The translations under genes were made by a program, and so were the position numbers. 64,000 nucleotides of DNA from Sulfolobales archaeon (GTDB lineage: Archaea; Thermoproteota; Thermoprotei_A; Sulfolobales; NBVN01), in assembly GCA_038841535.1 (NCBI GenBank), contig JAWBTQ010000006.1, positions 1-64,000 on the forward strand. Direction: 5' to 3'. Shown piece after piece: positions 61,282-64,000 of this stretch. Under the pieces are notes generated by a model. It was not told the origin of the DNA and made no database searches. It saw only the letters and a program-made list of their open reading frames with translations. Each line of letters starts with the position of its first letter. The first letter of the stretch is position 1.

Positions 61282-61514
61282 CGTGTTCGCTTCTATTGCT
61301 AGAACTGGTCTTTCTAACGATTACAGTTACTAGAACACCAACTAAGGAAGTTGAACCCAGAACTGACTTGAGTTTTACTATACTCATTGCTGTAGGCTTT
61401 ATGCTAATCGTGCTTGGATATACTGCCTTAAGAAAGAAGCATAAAGAGGGAAGAACTGCGAGTAAAGACTTGAAAACGTTTGCAGAAACTATGTGCCTTG
61501 AGGCAGATAAATGA
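61266..61514 (+). CDS. small 2-TM membrane protein
   Basis: Two hydrophobic helices; fills the gap within a co-oriented gene run. Confidence 0.5.
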   Translation: MLYGIACSLLLLELVFLTITVTRTPTKEVEPRTDLSFTILIAVGFMLIVLGYTALRKKHKEGRTASKDLKTFAETMCLEADK

Positions 61515-61542
61515 GAACATTAATTACCTTTGGTAGTGAGCC

Positions 61543-62940
61543 TTGGTCGCACTCGATGTAGTTGCTGGCTCTGTTGCCGAGAGGAACTTGGTCAAGAGTC
61601 TCTCAGAATATCTCACATTAAAGGGTCTGTCGGTTGATGTAGTCCCAATAGAGGTATTGGAATGGGGTGAAATAGAGTGCGCTATAGATGACATCAGCTG
61701 CACTGCTCAGCCACCTGTTGAGAGTGCGGATGTTTCGGGAGTTTTAGGTAGAGACATAGTCTTTTCGTCAACGACTAAAGACCCTGATAATGTGTGGGTA
61801 GCCTATTGGCTGAGCGCGAAGAGAGGTGCCTCTGCTGTAGTATTTTATGACGAATATCCACGCATAAGAAAGAGGAGAATAGTGGTAAACGAGGTTCCCA
61901 GCCATAACTTCAAAACTAAAATGGTGGCAAAAAAGCCAGCTATTCATGTACCTCTAAGCGCCCTACCCAAGCTTAAGAAAAAACGATACGTCACTATCTT
62001 CGTTAAGACCTTCAAAAGACTTTCCCAAGGCTATGTTTTAGACATCGTCACTGGAGATAGGACACCAAGAGTTGCTATTATTACACATCACGACCGCTGG
62101 TTAACGGGTTTTAGAGATAATAGCATCGGGGTCTTAACTATTTTAAAGCTTGCACAGCTACTAGAGAAATTGAAGATTCCTGCCAGATTAATCAGTTTTA
62201 CTGCTGAAGAGTTTGGGGACCCTGCCGAGAGGTCTTTTTACTGGGCCTATGGGTCGAGAGCTTACTCTAAAAACATGGTCGATAGCTCAAGTCTGGACTT
62301 AGCAATAGTAGTTGATACAGCTTACAGAGAGCCTGTGAGCTTGGATTCTGTTGGAGTCCTTGGTCTAGAATCGAGTCTGAGATTAGTTAAGACTTCTAAG
62401 TCGGAGATAGGTATAGTGTACACAGATGCCGTCTCTATGGTGAACCGTGGGATTCCCTCGATTGTACTACATAACCTCTACGCGATTAAGCCTGTATACC
62501 ACTCAGACGCCGACACTTATCCGGGTAGGTCAGTCGAAGCTGTGATCGTTAAGCTAGTTAGAGATATAGCGAATATAGTAAAAGAATACAAAGAGAAGAA
62601 CGTGGATTCTCTATATAGAGCTTACGTTGAGAGAATTAAAGCTGCCTCCGCCCCGGACATGAGGACATACCTAGAAGCCACGTCTAATCCCATAGCCTTA
62701 AGCAGGTGTTTAACTAAATACTACACGACGTTTGCCATTGAGGGAGCTTATAGCGACTTCAACACTGAGTTAAAGCTACTTACATACTCGGACATAATAA
62801 GAGGTGTTGAAGCTGGACGCAAGTATACCATCCTCAGTAGCGATGTAACCGTAAGTTCTGAGGACATAGACCATCTTAAGAAGCTAGCTAAAACCATGCT
62901 CGAAGAGGCCGTTGGATGCTCTAAAACTGGCTATGTGTAG
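61543..62940 (+). CDS. M28 family peptidase
   Basis: HHD, DNSIG, AEE, YGS and YHSDAD zinc-site motifs. Confidence 0.88.
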   Translation: MVALDVVAGSVAERNLVKSLSEYLTLKGLSVDVVPIEVLEWGEIECAIDDISCTAQPPVESADVSGVLGRDIVFSSTTKDPDNVWVAYWLSAKRGASAVVFYDEYPRIRKRRIVVNEVPSHNFKTKMVAKKPAIHVPLSALPKLKKKRYVTIFVKTFKRLSQGYVLDIVTGDRTPRVAIITHHDRWLTGFRDNSIGVLTILKLAQLLEKLKIPARLISFTAEEFGDPAERSFYWAYGSRAYSKNMVDSSSLDLAIVVDTAYREPVSLDSVGVLGLESSLRLVKTSKSEIGIVYTDAVSMVNRGIPSIVLHNLYAIKPVYHSDADTYPGRSVEAVIVKLVRDIANIVKEYKEKNVDSLYRAYVERIKAASAPDMRTYLEATSNPIALSRCLTKYYTTFAIEGAYSDFNTELKLLTYSDIIRGVEAGRKYTILSSDVTVSSEDIDHLKKLAKTMLEEAVGCSKTGYV

Positions 62941-63014
62941 CTAGGGTGTATGGTTGTACAGTGTAGATCATAATAATTACGGCTACTACGACAAACCTCG
63001 TCTGTTTATCTGAA

Positions 63015-63803
63015 CTACACTATCCTGTCAACTTTAATCTTACCGTACCTTGAGATTATGTCGGCTAACTTCTCAGTGTCGTTGATATAAATACGGAAGA
63101 GGACTTCCATGTTTCCTTCACTTTTAACAAAATCGATGAATCTCCTAGACGGGCATACTCTAACTCTATAACCTTGGATAGGGAACCTCAGCGCAAACCC
63201 GGGCACTCCTAGAATTCCAGTAGTATAAACTTCAGCACTTCTTAAAACGTTAACGTACTTCTTGACCAACTTACGGCTAACTGTCTGAATAATAAAAGAT
63301 ATAGCAACAGGTACTTCATAGAGTGCTAGAAGTCTTAAAACTTGACCGAAGATGCTGTTACTGGTCGTAGTAAAATAGTGCTGAACGTATGTCGGATATA
63401 CAATGAAGAACCATATAAGCACTATTACCATAGAGAGCATTGAAACCCCAGAAGCCTTTAGAAGAGGCTTTAGTTCTTTAACTAACTCTAAGTCTTTTGA
63501 CTGAAGCTCTGTTATCTCTTCCTGTTTTACTACCAAAATCTTCTTGCCGGCGACAATTTCTTTGACATTGCTACCCCGTCTCTGCTGTCTTATTGTAGAC
63601 ATAAAGAATACTGACATAAAAACTATGAAGTAGAGCGTCATAATTATCCCATGGTACTCGGGCGGAACGAATAGATTTATTATTACGAAGAGCGTTATTA
63701 TCCCTTGGCTAATTAGCAGGGAGCGTATCATAGCCTTCCTCGTCAGGTAATACGACAGCTTAATACACCTCCTGTAACTAGTTACACGTGGATTTAAATC
63801 CAA
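63015..63803 (-). CDS. DUF2208-like membrane protein
   Basis: Four TM helices with ELQSKDLELVKE between TM2 and TM3, and a soluble C-terminus. Confidence 0.7.
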   Translation of the reverse strand: MDLNPRVTSYRRCIKLSYYLTRKAMIRSLLISQGIITLFVIINLFVPPEYHGIIMTLYFIVFMSVFFMSTIRQQRRGSNVKEIVAGKKILVVKQEEITELQSKDLELVKELKPLLKASGVSMLSMVIVLIWFFIVYPTYVQHYFTTTSNSIFGQVLRLLALYEVPVAISFIIQTVSRKLVKKYVNVLRSAEVYTTGILGVPGFALRFPIQGYRVRVCPSRRFIDFVKSEGNMEVLFRIYINDTEKLADIISRYGKIKVDRIV

Positions 63804-63848
63804 TGATGCACAAAGCTTTAAAGACCTCTACAGTAAAGAAGCCATTAG

Positions 63849-64000
63849 GTGATAAAATTTAGAGTCCCTTCAGAGATAGATGTACTAAAGGTAATAGCTA
63901 GATACGGGTCTATTAGAGGCACAATAAATCTCCACAACTTAGTTCACGAGCTACAGACAAGAGGCTTACTAAAGACGGAGTTCAGCTTCATAAAGTACAG
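63849..64000 (+). CDS. 3'-truncated ORF, possible YwgA/SocA-like winged-helix protein
   Basis: Open frame from GTG 63849 to the window end: IRGTINLHNLVHELQ..GLL.TEFSFIKY, resembling GRxxLxKLxYxxQ...F..Y. Confidence 0.5.
   Translation, partial: MIKFRVPSEIDVLKVIARYGSIRGTINLHNLVHELQTRGLLKTEFSFIKY

Overview
Chromosomal core region of a hyperthermophile-type Thermoproteota (crenarchaeal) archaeon, probably Desulfurococcales-like. The taxon is inferred from radA, topoisomerase VI, TFE-beta, eS1, AglB, a class I CCA-adding enzyme and intron-containing tRNAs. It is mostly housekeeping genes for replication/repair, tRNA metabolism, N-glycosylation, nucleoside catabolism and modified-pterin synthesis, plus three intron-containing tRNAs (Pro-GGG, Leu-UAA, Arg-CCU). 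No CRISPR array, rRNA or provirus was seen. The main signals missing from the ORF track are non-coding. (1) A decayed IS607 element (tnpA plus a tnpB fragment). (2) Two diverged copies (11456-11713, 21318-21586) of a ~260 bp mini-element that keeps a TATA-like promoter, imperfect inverted ends and a structurally conserved TnpB 3'-end (omega/reRNA-like) scaffold, but no nuclease gene and different 3' flanks. (3) A third orphan TnpB-3'-end-type structured element at 2424-2636. (4) A box C/D sRNA at 40616-40664 with a guide matching 23S rRNA. All product calls come from motif recognition by eye; no database searches were run.
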